A DNA stretch of 63,205 nucleotides, filler included, from Rhabdomonas costata (GCA_019059605.1; 44 parts of 44 records of this genome joined end to end with filler, not necessarily neighbours in it), one strand, 5' to 3'. Counted from the whole stretch's first letter, positions 12,088 through 24,745 are shown. Notes: generated by a model from the sequence alone, not told the origin. Program-made: numbers and translations.

Positions 12088-12464
12088 CTGTTGGCCCACC
12101 CGCCGATGCCGCTCCTATTGCCGTCGCCACCACCGCTGCTGTGTCTGCCGGTCCTGCGGAGACTGCTCGCCGTCGAGTACGGCTCTTTGTGCGCGCGCCC
12201 GACGGCCGCCATGGGCCTGGTGATGGGCGGGAGGAGGAGGTGATGGGGCAGCCCTGCAAGGGGGAGCTGGGGTGCGGTACCCAAGAGGAGCCTTTCTGCA
12301 GCGTCAGTGAGGCGCTGGCCCGTCTCTCTGGGCTTGGCCTCCAGGGCGAAGGCTCCGAGCTGGTGCTTCTGGGCGGGGTGTACCCCCCGTTTGTGGTGGT
12401 CCGGCCACCCTCCGGTACGCCCCGCGCCTCGTACCTGCCAGACAGCACATACCCGGTTACAATG
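12088..12464 (+). CDS. Exon with the N-terminal cap motif of right-handed beta-helix/pectin-lyase-like (DUF1565-type) proteins
   Basis: CGTQEEPFCSVSEAL...ELVLLGGVY matches GTxxxPFxTIxxA...IxLxxGxY. CAG acceptor follows a pyrimidine tract; 3' boundary approximate. Confidence 0.6.
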
Positions 12465-12795
12465 GTCACGCGCTTTGGCGTGCTTGCCTCACTGCACAGT
12501 ATGATGTGTTCCGGGAGGCTCTCGTTTCCGGAGCCTCGAGGAGATGGGATTCCAGAAGGCACACTGTGGCACAGCTTTTCTGCCGGGCGTTCCTCAAGGC
12601 CTCCGGCCTCCCTTGTCGCTGCATTCCATATTGGGCTTCCTCTTTTTTCAGCTTATCGTCTTTGTTAGACCAAATTGCCAATTCTTAGTAGAAAAAGCAT
12701 TGCTTAGCAACATGAGAGAATAGGAGTATAGTTCTGTTGAGTATGTGTATGTGTGTGCACAGGTATTCACACTCCCTCACGTTAAAAACTTTGTA

Positions 12796-12835
12796 TGCGT
12801 GTGCGTGCGTGCGTGCTTGCGTATGTGTGTGTGTG
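12796..12835. repeat. (GCGT)n/(GT)n microsatellite
   Basis: Visible tandem GCGT and GT runs near the contig end. Confidence 0.85.
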
Positions 12836-13396
12836 CCCGGTGTGCGCACGCNNNNNNNNNNNNNNNNNNNNNNNNNNNNNNNNNNNNNNNNNNNNTTAAT
12901 TAATTAANNNNNNNNNNNNNNNNNNNNNNNNNNNNNNNNNNNNNNNNNNNNGGTGGGGGTGGGTCTGCTGCGCAGGAGTCAGGTGCAGCCTGAAATAGAG
13001 AGAATAGGGGAGAGGATGAAAGTGTGTGTGTGTGTGTGTGTTGGACGCGTAGCAGGCAGGCATTTGCTTGACTGACGTGCACTACGGGCGCACGCGCGCT
13101 CTGTGTGTGTGTGCGCGCGCGCGTGCGTGGATGTGCGTGCCTGTGTGCGTGTTGCCGTCCGGTGTAAGTGTGGTAATACTGCTGGGTGTCACGGCATATC
13201 CCACCCCTTCTATAATTAATTCTGCTGGCCGTCCGTGTTCAACCCCACCATCATCACCTCCTTAACCCAAACTGGGATCACCTTTTGACGTCTGCCTCTA
13301 GTATCGAGTGTCAAAAGACGCCTGCAAGCACCTACCGTCTTGTTGTTTGTTGGTTGAAAAGTAGGAAAATCAGGAGAGGGGGGGCATTGCGCGAAC

Positions 13397-14217
13397 CCGC
13401 TCCCGCTGAAGTTTGCCCCCTCGCAGCTTGACAGCCCGCTGTCTGCCTCGGGCAGCACAGGGGCCACGATCATTGAGTCCACGGACTCCACACTGGGCGC
13501 CGAGACCAGCGGGCTGGGCTTCGGCCTGGGTGCGGGCGCGGCCGCGGTGGCAGCGCCCACTACCACCTCAGTTCGGTTTTTGGGGTCGATGATCTTCAGC
13601 CTGCGGCTTCCACCGCCGCTGCCGATGTGGGTCAGGGAGGCGGAGGAGTCCCGGCCTGCAACGATCAAGAGCGGGTGAGAAAGGGACACTCAACATGTGA
13701 AGTTGCTGGAGTCAAGGGTTGTTGTTGGGGTTGTGGATTAGGGTCGGCCGTGACTTGGTTTTCAGGCAAAAACAAACGAGGAAGGGTTTCGATGAAAATG
13801 GAAGAAAATAGGTGTCTGCTGATGAAAACTTGCAGAAATTATACATCAAGATCCCACATGTATCGAAACTCGAGTGACAAGCAGGAGTCCTCAACTGCTG
13901 TCCAATTGCTCTCCCAAATGTTGTGGGGTACATGCGAAGATCTCAGTAAAGCATGTCAAAATACCGAATTTACTAGCCCTCACTGAATGGAGACACATGT
14001 TAAAGGCATGAGACTGAAAGTCACCGACAAGGATGCAAAGCAGTGCCGAGCAAACACGGGAGCCGAATGCTGGCTTTCACACTTGAGGCGGCACCTGGAT
14101 GCTCCGAGGAGAGCTCGCCGCTATGCAGCTTGTGATCCCGAGGGTTGACAATGGGCACCGCCCTGGAGCGGGAGGGCGGTGGGGGCGTCATGGGTTGTGG
14201 TGCCCGGAAGGTCTCCA
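13397..14217 (-). CDS. Low-complexity Pro/Ser-rich protein with repeated IxDP/IxNP motifs; exons 14217-14095 and 13655-~13397
   Basis: SRAVPIVNPRD and SRRLKIIDPKNRTEV. Phase-1 join via GTGCCG donor and CAG acceptor. The motif recalls the IIDP motif of eIF4G N-termini, but this is not diagnostic. Confidence 0.5.
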
Positions 14218-15642
14218 CTTGCAGGGGAGGGCTAGTAAATTCGGTATTTTGACATGCTTTACTGAGATCTTCGCATGTACCCCACCCCCNNNNNNNNNNN
14301 NNNNNNNNNNNNNNNNNNNNNNNNNNNNNNNNNTTAATTAATTAANNNNNNNNNNNNNNNNNNNNNNNNNNNNNNNNNNNNNNNNNNNNTGTGTTGTGTG
14401 GATGCACAGGGTGCAGCTTTTGTGTGTTCGGTATGGGGGATCTGGGGAGGTGTCAACATCAGTGCTGCAACATGACAGATTTGTCCCCATTGGTTTGGAA
14501 CTATTTTGAGCTCCTGACCGGGCATGCAGGGTGTCTTCTTGTTCACTTGGGAATAGCCGCCACTTCGGACGACAGGGCAAAAGGGCACACGGAGTGCGGC
14601 ACGTTTATTCGGTTGCAGCATTCAACAACAGAACGATAAAAGTGCGCTGGAGCGATGATGCCAGATGTCTTACCTCCCCCTCTGCTTTGGGCAGAAAACA
14701 TGGAGAGTGGTTGGGGAAAATAGAACGCGACTGGTGCCCCCCCCCCGGGCTTTGCCTCCCTCCGAACTCGCCTCATCCTGCAACACTATTCCCCGGAAGC
14801 CCTTTTGTGAATTCAAGAGAAATTCCCCAAAGTTCCAATTTGCTGGAATGGAAGTAAATAACATTAATGAGCTGGTCTGATCGTTGCTTAGAGATGCGGG
14901 CTTTCGTTGGAGCTGACTCCATGCCTGCTGGGGGACGGGGGAAAAAGGCGTGGGGAGGAGCAAAATTTAGCTTGAACTTTGGGCCGCGCTCAGCTGCTTG
15001 ACGGATCGTGCCCTTCAGTGGACCAGAGCCAAAACCGTGATGAATGCGGACAGGGAAAACACATGTTTACATAATAGAGTGGTGTATGCCTAATAAGAGT
15101 TTAACCATATTCATGTCTGTCTTCAACCTCTTCATCGGCTTGGGACGGCTTCTCGCTCGCTCGCACTACGGTCTTCCAACTGAGTAGCATTGATGTTGTC
15201 CCTTGAGTAACTGCAGGTGAGTGATGACTAAATTCCATTTGCTGCGAACGAAAAGCAAGATATCGCAGTGTGCTTTGCAATTGTCGATTTTGGTTCCGGG
15301 CACGTGAATGGGGATGTCCAACTCTTTGAGAACTCCTCTGCCTCATGGGTTCCACCCCCGTATTCTTACGAAGCATTTCGGAAATTCACCCTCCACTTGA
15401 TGTACAAATGCGATGTACTTGATGTATAAAATGCGCTTTAGCGTTTTAGCATTGCTGTTATGCCTGTTGACATTAACAAAGGGTCCAGGAAGAACCAAAG
15501 TTGAGTAGAAAGAAGAACGCAAAATGCAATGCCAAGACCCCCAAGAGCACTATTTTTGGGTGTATTCAATATGGTACCTGAACTCGGTGTGCCCACACAA
15601 TGACCTATCGTTTTTAAAACATTTTCAGTCCAGTTTTTTTTA

Positions 15643-15722
15643 GGGGACTCCCACTGCCTTTTCTTCCATTTTTTGATCCTGCACTGAGTGGGAAAATGGA
15701 AGAAAAGGCAGTGGGAGTCCCC
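15643..15722. repeat. Perfect 30-bp inverted repeat with 20-nt loop
   Basis: GGGGACTCCCACTGCCTTTTCTTCCATTTT (15643-15672) and its reverse complement (15693-15722). At a contig end, so genomic or artefactual. Confidence 0.8.
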
Positions 15723-17584
15723 CAAAAANNNNNNNNNNNNNNNNNNNNNNNNNNNNNNNNNNNNNNNNNNNNTTAATTAATTAANNNNNNNNNNNNNNNN
15801 NNNNNNNNNNNNNNNNNNNNNNNNNNNNGGTTTGGGGTAAGGCCAGCAAGCGGCAGCCCGAGCGGCCAGCTGGGGGGCGGTAGAAGAACGTGAAAGGGAC
15901 TTGGAGACATTTGGTGCTCTTGAGGAACGGGCGCCTAAAAAAAGAGGGGGCCCGTACCCATGACCCCATTTTCGGTTGACCTTAGTGCAATGCAACTGCA
16001 CCGAAAACTCTCATTCTGCATCCGTTTGAGATGGTGATTGTGTGCCATTGAAAGAATCTCATTCTGGACTTCGCGAGCGTGTCTGCCATATGGCGTCCAG
16101 TCTGCAGCGTACAATTCTGATTCACTCCAGTGATGAAAATTTGGGTGCAAAGAAGGATAGTGGGACGTGGAACGGTTACTAAGTGTCGGACAACAATGTA
16201 AATTGTTTCCCAAGCCCCTTTCACGTTCTTCTACCGCCCCCCAGCTGGCCGCTCGGGCTGCCGCTTGCTGGCCTTACCTCAACTCCTCAACTTATGCTGT
16301 CACACTCGTCCGCCCATATCTCAGGCTTTGGCTAGTCATAATATTTTTGAGCCGTAAAGCAAAAGCACTCACTTAGGGAGCACTGGGACAGTTTACCTAA
16401 CCCATTTCTAAATAACAAAATCATTTCGAGAGTGCTAGCATGATTAATCCAAAACTCTTAGCTCTTCCGCCCCCGAAAAAAAACGGAGAGAACACCTTCC
16501 GGCGGGGAGCGTCTTCGGGGTGCTCGCATAGTGGTGATGCTGCAGCGGTATCAGCTGCGAGACGAATCTCGGGAACTCGGGGGGTCGGCCGGCGTAGAGG
16601 CTTTCCCTCAGGAGACCTGCACATCGGAAACCACCAGGGGACTGCTCATGACCCTGACGATAATCTGGGATCGGCGGATGATCCGTGAAAAAACCTAACG
16701 GCCGTTCGTTGACGCGCTTCAGTTGACTTAGGGTTTCATTCTAGCTTCTGCGGCATCCCGCAAAGCGGGTGGGGTGTCTGAAAGCTATCTTTTTCATACA
16801 TGTATACGAGAAAACTTCACCATACTCAAACAACAAAAGTGCAAACAAAATAAACAAAAAAAATACAAACAGAACACAGAATACAAAAATACGCAAACAG
16901 CACGCAGCATGGGCCGCAAGGATGATAATCCTGACAAGTGTGGCACAACCTCATCAACAGACCTGACACACCCACTCGCTCAAAACCCCACCCGCACCTA
17001 CACCCACACACCGGAGAAACGTAGACGCTGCGCTGGGATCGATCTGCCCCGGCGCCTTCTCGGAGATTTTAAAGTTGACACGTTGAGCCTGCAGGATAAG
17101 TAAGGAGCAGCTCGCAAAGCAATGCGGAGTGGCCGATGAACTGCGGCCTCGTTAGAACCCAACCACCNNNNNNNNNNNNNNNNNNNNNNNNNNNNNNNNN
17201 NNNNNNNNNNNTTAATTAATTAANNNNNNNNNNNNNNNNNNNNNNNNNNNNNNNNNNNNNNNNNNNNGTTTGTTGGGATAAGTAAGCTTGCTTTGTGATG
17301 GTTGTCTGAGCCTTGTGTGCAATTTCGCATGCGTGGAGCTTTATCATTTTCCCTTTCGTCAGTTTATCTTCTCATGTGTGACGATGCATTAAGATGAGGT
17401 GTAAAGGGGACATCATCGGCTGGAGGTGACGGAAGACCGGAGCAATGAAGGGAAAGGCGGGAGTCACTGCGGGTTGTTGATTTGCTCCCCGGGACATTAT
17501 ATTCTGGCTTCTTTGGTCGTTGTTGGGAAATCCAATCCCAATCCCCGGCTCGTGCATTGTGTGCCTTTTCTTCTTTCCTTTTAG

Positions 17585-17991
17585 GGCACTGTGATCCGAG
17601 TGTTCGACACAAAGCAGAGCAGCGGGGGGATCAAACCCATCCGAGAGGTTTTGCGGGCGACGGGCGGGCGGCCTTGCTCCATACGCGCTCTTGCATTTCC
17701 CTCTAAAGGAAATAAGGGGGGGGGGGAATGTGTGCGCCTCTTGCCCCGCGACGCTTCTTTATGTGCCGCTTCTTTCCGCAGACGGCACACTGCGGAGGGT
17801 CTTACGATGGCTTCTGCTCTTTTTTTTTTTCGCACGCCGCAGTTCCGGCGGGGCACCCAGTTTTGCGACATCTACAGCCTGTGCTTCTCTCACAACTCGC
17901 ACTTCCAGTGCGTCGCCAGCAGCACCGCTACGATTCATGTCTTCCATGTGGAGGGAGGTGACGCAGAGGGAGGAGCCCGTGCGGAGGCCAG
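17585..17991 (+). CDS. ATG18: PROPPIN autophagy protein (Atg18/WIPI family); exons 17585-17647 and 17843-17991
   Basis: GTVIRVFDT...IRE|FRRGTQFCDIYSLCFSHNSHFQCVASSTATIHVFHV contains the diagnostic FRRG phosphoinositide-binding motif. Phase-0 GT-AG intron 17648-17842. Confidence 0.92.
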
Positions 17992-18705
17992 GTCTGACCT
18001 CACCCAATTCGCAGTTCTGTTGTCTTTTTTTTTTGGTGATCACGGAGGGATCGCTCGTACAGTCTTTTCGTCTTGTCGAGGTGGCTTTTGTGATCTGTGC
18101 GCCTTAAATCAGACATGCGCGAGAAGGCAAGCAGTTTATGAGCTGTGCCGCGTCGTCAAGAGTAACTGGCCAAAACCACAACGGCTAAGGTCGCATCCCA
18201 TAAAAAGTAAAGTGATCATAAGCGCTTTCGAGCAACCATCCCGTGTAAGTGCAAATGGTGACTTTCTCGCCACGATTTCATCACCCTTTCATCTGTCACG
18301 GTCTCGAAGTGAAACGGGCAATTGTCGGTATTTCGGTTTTGTGGGATCTGCCGAATAGGCTTCCCAATAAGAAACCACTGCTTTTGTGTGTTTTCTCTCT
18401 TTTTCAGTGACACGAAGAACAGGACATCCAAGTATTCTTCCCCCTCTTCCGTGTGGACGCGTTTGATTTTGGCGGTTTGGGGATGTGGGTTTACGGAATT
18501 GATGTATCAAAATGCCCATCACGGTTGCGGTACGTTGTTCTGTGAGGGTTTTAGGAGTGGGGAAAGTTCATCTGTTTTGGCAGACAGGTTCCTTCACCAC
18601 ACCACNNNNNNNNNNNNNNNNNNNNNNNNNNNNNNNNNNNNNNNNNNNNTTAATTAATTAANNNNNNNNNNNNNNNNNNNNNNNNNNNNNNNNNNNNNNN
18701 NNNNN

Positions 18706-19619
18706 GTTGTTGGTGGCAGCGTCGCGTCCAGCAAACCAGGCTCGCCCTCGCGGCGTCGCCCTGGGGGGTCGCCGGGGAACGTTGGCGAAGACTCGGGTGT
18801 CTTCGGGCAGTCTGCTCCTGCGGGGAAAGTATACGCCTACTGGGAGTTCGACACGGGGCTGGAGAACCGAGCGGCGACCCTGCCTCAGCCCACCCTGGTG
18901 TTCGACGAAGGCGTGGTTTCCAAGGCATCAACCCGCCCCAGCTCTCCCACTGAGGTGTGAACGGCACCCGACCCCACCCCATTCCAGTGTCGTTACCTTT
19001 CACTCTTAGAAAGGTACCCGTCAACTCGCAACCCATGCTTTTCTATCCTGGCCACGCCAGAACCAATAGAAAAAACCTTATGTCTATGTAACCAGGCAGT
19101 GTTTCACGTTTATAAACAGCGAAAAAAATAACTTGGAATGTGGAAGCACTTTCCTAGGAATCGCATTGGAACCTCGTAATTTGCTAACTTTTCTTAGTTG
19201 CTATTATAATAGCTGATCTATTTTTCGAGCCGCTTTCATTCTCAGCTGGTTGGTTCTCATCATATTTGCCTGTTTCCCTGTTTCCCATCGCCCTTAAAAT
19301 ACCGTTGCTTTCTTGTCGTTTACTGTGTTGAAGTGTTTTAGTCCCATCCTTTCACGTGCATTTTCATTTTTCACTCGAGCAGCGCTTGGAAACGCTTGCC
19401 CAGTACCTTGGACTGTTTGGGGTGGGCCTTTTTTTGTTTGTTATAGGACAGCTTTTTGGGGGGGCTGGGGTTTTGAGAGGTTTGAGAGTAGTTGGCGCCT
19501 GCTCACAGAGAGTGAGTGCCGCGGACTTCATGTCTGGGGTTCTGGGGGCCTTGCCACCCGCCAAGGTGACTCCCTCGGGTGGGGTTCCTGTACGCCGGGC
19601 ACCCTCCGCGGGAACGAAG
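18706..19619 (+). CDS. Hypothetical protein, exons ~18706-18954 and 19509-19619
   Basis: GC3-rich frame ...GKVYAYWEFDTGLENRAATLPQPTLVFDEG...SPTE|RVSAADFMSGVLGALPP. Donors GTGTGA and GTGCCC, phase 0. Confidence 0.55.
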
Positions 19620-20144
19620 GTGCCCTGAGAAGGAAAAGGAGGAGCAGGCTTTGAGTGTTGTTTTCTGATGGTGACCGAAGTACGTTCCGCAGCCCGGGGC
19701 TGTTCGCGTTGTGTGGTGCATTCGGGTGCATTCGTTGCCCCAATCACATCTCAGTCGTCTCACGACGCGCTTTGCGCGGGGGGCGGCGGGTGTTGAGCAT
19801 ATTTCTTCTGCTGTTGTGAAGGTTGGGGGGTGCGTCATCCGTTAGCTAGTGCCTCTCTTTCCTTCCTTTTCTCATCGTTTCCGATTAGTACATTACATCT
19901 TTTAAAAAACGGGTGTCTTCCCACTTTTGCACACACCCATATTGTTTGAGAAAACACGCGCAAAGCATCTAAACTTTTTCGGCAGGTATCTCACTTTCCT
20001 TGCGCCTTTGCCTTTTCTCCACATCGCAGCAGACATTCTTAAATNNNNNNNNNNNNNNNNNNNNNNNNNNNNNNNNNNNNNNNNNNNNTTAATTAATTAA
20101 NNNNNNNNNNNNNNNNNNNNNNNNNNNNNNNNNNNNNNNNNNNN

Positions 20145-20610
20145 CGGGATTGTGGCTGCGCTCTCCCATCGACATTCTGGAGCTCCGGGAGGTGCTTTCG
20201 AAGCTGAGCGACGCGCCGCTGTCGGACTCTGCAAGCTCACAGACCAACGTGTCCAACGTTCCGGACGGGGCCTACGCGTGCGGGAAACTGAAGCCGAAGA
20301 TTCTTCTCGCAGAAGATCACCCCGTGAACCACATTCTCTTTTTGGGGTGCACCCTGCTTTTTGGTTGGGGGGGCTTTTCTCGACTTCTTTCCAGGTGCTT
20401 TGTTTCGGGTCTCTTTTTCTTTTGATTTTCCTCTCCTTGTAAGTTGCTCTCATTCACCATTGCCCATGCATATATTGTAATGGAAAGATCGCTGTTCGTC
20501 GTGGTACAAATTACTGTTTTCTTTTGCAGGCAGCTTTCCGACATGGGCATCACGAATGTGGACAGTGCTTACAATGGGGCGGAGGCTGTTGACCTTGTAG
20601 CGAAGCGAAG
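20145..20610 (+). CDS. Response-regulator receiver domain (hybrid histidine kinase type); exons ~20145-20346 and 20530-20610
   Basis: Spliced KILLAEDHPVNHILFLGQLSDMGITNVDSAYNGAEAVDLVAKR matches ILLAEDNxVN...LxxxG...VDxAxNGxEAV. Phase-2 GTGCAC...CAG intron. Confidence 0.88.
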
Positions 20611-21595
20611 GTGTTTCCTGCGGCTTACCTTTTCGCATGGTTCTTGATCACTGACGGTGATGAGGGCCATAGTTCCCGGATATTTGTCTTGTCTGTCTTC
20701 GTTTTCCGTTTTCTTTTCCTCTAATTCGTGTCTTTGATTGAGCTTTCAGCCTCCAATTTACGCGCACGTGAGTTGCGTGCCCAACATGTCCGACGTCCCC
20801 CAGGTTCCACGATGTTCCACACCTAAGAAGTTTTTCAAGAGCCACCCTACATTACCCCGAAAATGGCACACTACCCCAGAGCAAGAATTCCGAAAGTCCA
20901 CGTAAAAAGAGCAGTTAAGAACCGTAAAAAAAAGCTGCCACCGTTCTAACGTTTCACCATACCCAAGTGCGAGATGGAAACCCTTCGGGTCTTCAGAACT
21001 CTGGCTCAGATACATACACATACAAAAAAGCTAAGAAATCTCGCTCAAAGCATTCCTGCCCTGCCTACTAACACCCTTTCGGCGCAGCAAGAATTGAACC
21101 CGGTTTCTGAGCTCCTGGCAGCCTAACAGGGGGCACCCTGAAAGGCTCTTGTGGAAGGATACTAGTCTTTGTGCGCAGAAGATGAAGAATAAACAAATAA
21201 CCAACACAAAGCCAATGCGAAAGGGTTCTGCTGGCGAGGTGACCACGGGTAATGGGAGAGGTCAACGTCACAGTGATTTTTGTGGGCCCAGGCGGCCTAG
21301 AGCCATTTGCCTGAACCCGTCAGTGGGGCTTCGGGTGGATGTGCACACATTGTGAGCGCATCCTCCTCCTCTCATCCACTTCTTATTCCCTTCCCTCACT
21401 TCTGATCGTCATCCTGGACCACTCCACCTCTCAGCCAACGCGCGTGATCAACTCTCACACACATGCACACAGGCACACAACACNNNNNNNNNNNNNNNNN
21501 NNNNNNNNNNNNNNNNNNNNNNNNNNNTTAATTAATTAANNNNNNNNNNNNNNNNNNNNNNNNNNNNNNNNNNNNNNNNNNNNGTTGGGTGTGGG

Positions 21596-21734
21596 AGAGT
21601 CATCCCAGATTTTTTTTTCGGTTTTCAACATGCCCGCTTCAATTCAAAAGTGAGAACTGCCCATTAAAAGAGCATTTCGGACTTAGCAATAGCAGAAACG
21701 GTCGAAAAACGAAAAAAAAATCTGGGATGACTCT
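21596..21734. mobile_element. MITE-like fold-back element, 34-bp terminal inverted repeats with 2 mismatches
   Basis: Arms 21596-21629 and 21701-21734. Mismatches indicate a diverged genomic repeat rather than a fresh chimera. Confidence 0.55.
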
Positions 21735-21877
21735 TCCTCACCCTGTCCATATCGATGCACATCGACGCTCCCCATATGTTTTTGACATTGAATCTCTATA
21801 ATTCTCATTTTTAATGAGAAGTAGGACATGTTGTTCCTGTTCAATTCAGTGAGACGGAAGGCGGGGGAAGACACCAT

Positions 21878-22922
21878 GGTCTCTGGGTCGTCCTCATCCT
21901 CATCCGGCTTCCTCTCGAAGGCACTGGCATTGCTGGTTGGGCTGCCGGAGGACGCCCCAGGCTGAACCTCCTGGGCAGCCTCCACCTCTGCCCCACGGCA
22001 CTCCTCCCCGGCGGCGTCCAGGGGCTCCCACGCTGCCCCCTCCGTCGGCGCATCGGTTGGCGACAGCACGGGACTCTTCCACTGCCCGGACTCCATCTCC
22101 GACTGCAGTTCCTGGCGCAGCAGGGCCTCCAGCCGGGCCTTCTCGAGGTTCCGCGCGGTGTGCCGCTGGAGCTCCATAAGGGCTCGGGAGGTCACGCCAC
22201 GGCTCAGGAAACTCCGGCAAAAGCACTGCCCCCCCCCCCCCAATCATAGTGAAATTACGCTCATTCTGTCCGGATAAAAGTGCGGCGTCATGGGCCGTCA
22301 ACAAAATACAGCACTACAAAAAAACATGCACGCAACAAAAAAAAGGGAGGAATTTTAGATGCGTGCAGGCGTAGCACGGGCAGAGGTGCGGATGAGGTTT
22401 AGAGGAAGTGATACCGGAACAAAAGAAACCGATGGGTGGGCCTGGGGCGGAGAATGATTTCAAAAGATTCATTCAAAAGAAAAGAACTGGGCGTTGACAA
22501 CACTCACCGCTTTTCGGGTCTTCCCCAGCGCAAAAATACACATTAAGTGGTAAAATGATTTAGGGAGATTGTGAACGCGTGCGGGTGAAGTGTGGTGGCA
22601 CAAGCCTCGCATCTCGCGCCTGTGTGCCTGCACACTTGCTCCGAAGTACCAGCGAACGTGGCCATCGCGAAAAAATGAAGAGCGCAACTCAGGAATGTAC
22701 GGTTGTGGCACGACACAACAAAAAACACAAGGCCCACTAAGTTACAGGTGGATAGGCACGAGAAGAGAGAAGAGAGCGTGTGAAAGGGAGGTTTGACAGG
22801 GGAAGGAGAGAGAAGGAACCAAAAACGAAGAGCTGCACCTGAATGACGATGACAGCGAAGGCCACTTGCTCACTACTTCCACTAGTTGTCGCTGTCGCTG
22901 TCGGCTCAGCAACCACCCACAA
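21878..22922 (-). CDS. IQ-motif (calmodulin-binding) protein; exons ~22922-22839 and 22225-~21878
   Basis: Splicing creates AVIVIQ|CFCRSFLSR, an IQxxxRxxxxR motif across a phase-0 intron, followed by a helical and an acidic region. Confidence 0.7.
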
Positions 22923-23032
22923 NNNNNNNNNNNNNNNNNNNNNNNNNNNNNNNNNNNNNNNNNNNNTTAATTAATTAANNNNNNNNNNNNNNNNNNNNNN
23001 NNNNNNNNNNNNNNNNNNNNNNGTGTGGTTGG

Positions 23033-24065
23033 GTATTACGTGAAGGACCTGGAATCGCTTGGCCGAGACATGGCTCACACCGTGCTGGTCGACAACAGCC
23101 CTTCGGTCTTTGCTCTGCAGGTTTGACAGCTCGCAGTTAATGCCCCGCGTTCCACTTTACATGGGTTTACTGAATCCTTATCTTTATTCTATAGCTCATT
23201 CTTTCGGCTCTTTGTGGGATCTGCGTCATCGAATGCAGTGGCTTACATATACTGTGCATTGGAACTGTCGCCCTTTAATACCTGATCTCTGAGTGCGGTT
23301 GGCGGGGCGGGGTGAGGGGTTGAGTGTTGAGCGGCCGTGCCATTTCCTTCTGCAGCTTGATAATGGAATTCCCATTCTGTCCTGGCGGTGCCACCCCGAC
23401 GACAGGTCGTTTTTGTGCGGTGCCCTCATTGTAGTTTGCCCTCCTGAAGCAACGCGGTATCCCCACTCGACACAAAATTGTCCACAGGGCATGCGTCACC
23501 TGGGGAAAGACGCGGTTGGCTAAAGTAAACGTTAAAGAACTGGATACGGCGGGTTGGAAACGAGAGACATCGTTGAGAAAATCGGGGAGCGGAAAGATGC
23601 GACAATGGGGCAGGAGTGTGGAGAGTGAGGAGAGAACTGAGTCGCATGGAATTTGTTTGGAGAGAGAGAACAAGCGAGAGCAGTAAATGAGAGGGATCTT
23701 AGTATGAAAAAGCATTGCGTTTGTCTTTCACTGAACGCTGCAAAGTACGGACGGAGCTGTTGAGAGCACTTGTGCAGTCGACTTGGTCGTTTTTTTTTAG
23801 TCTCCGGGTTTTCATTTTGAGCTGGGTACAGACGTGCTGCAATACCGCAGTAACGCAAGTTACCACATAATAATTACTGCCGTTGCTGTTGCTGCTGCTG
23901 CTGCCCTCTTTTCTACGTTTTGCCGTATTCGTACTTTTTTGCTCTGCACCCGTCTCGATGTGCACCATAAGGGAACTGTTCAAAGTTTGTCACCTCTTGG
24001 ATGACCTGGCCACCGCCCCAGATGTGCGGCCAGTCTTGCGGCAGAAGTTCCGGCTGCGCGACGAA
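23033..24065 (+). CDS. FCP1/SCP-type (NIF/HAD) CTD small phosphatase, CTDSPL2-like; exons ~23033-23120, 23356-23405, 23972-~24065
   Basis: YVKDLESLGRDMAHTVLVDNSPSVFALQ|LDNGIPILSWRCHPDDR ELFKVCHLLDDLATAPDVRPVLRQKFRL carries the KDL, DNSP, NGIPI.SW and DVR motifs. Phases are consistent. Confidence 0.92.
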
Positions 24066-24745
24066 GCCACACACAGTCAGTCGATATTTAATTGGGGTCC
24101 AATAAAATCTCCCAGGTTCATATGGGATCTCCTTGCACGATGTCGTTCACTGTGTGGCTTGGCACGACGTTCTTTTTGCTTGTGTGGCGTGCATTCGGCA
24201 ACGTACCTGTCTCCTGCTCTTTGTTTCCTGCATCGGTTCATTTCTCCCGGGCCCTTTCTGAGGCGATCTTCATATTCGCTCACATGTTTCGCGGTGGTGG
24301 GATGAACCGATGCAGGAAACAAAGAGCAGGAGACAGGTACGTTGCCGAATGCACACACACCNNNNNNNNNNNNNNNNNNNNNNNNNNNNNNNNNNNNNNN
24401 NNNNNTTAATTAATTAANNNNNNNNNNNNNNNNNNNNNNNNNNNNNNNNNNNNNNNNNNNNTGTGTTGTTGGAATGAGGTAACACGCCCCTTGATGCAGC
24501 TCGCCGCCCCCCCCCCACACACACGCTCCCAATCATAACTGGCGATGAATAGTGGGAGGAACCCCGTTTGCCAGGGTGGGGTGGCAATCGATGGTGTGAG
24601 GGAAAACCTCTACCAAGACTTTTTCATACGCTACAGAGCTGGAAGCGCTGTAGAGTGCAAGATGGACGCAAAACATATGCCATTAAGCAGAAAGGACAGA
24701 GGAAAAAGAAGGAAATGCCAAGTATGTACAGAGCCCCGAAATTAC

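Noticed and set aside
15836-16278. Perfect 63-bp inverted duplication (15836-15898 / 16216-16278)
   Set aside because: It starts at the contig edge next to a G/T primer tail and fades into imperfect microhomology, typical of an amplification template-switch chimera.
19215-19230. TCTATTTTTCG, resembling the 3' end of a euglenid spliced-leader exon
   Set aside because: The upstream sequence does not match and no GT donor follows.
24189-24354. Perfect 53-bp inverted repeat
   Set aside because: It has no mismatches and ends directly in a C/A primer tail at the contig end, so it is most likely a WGA fold-back.
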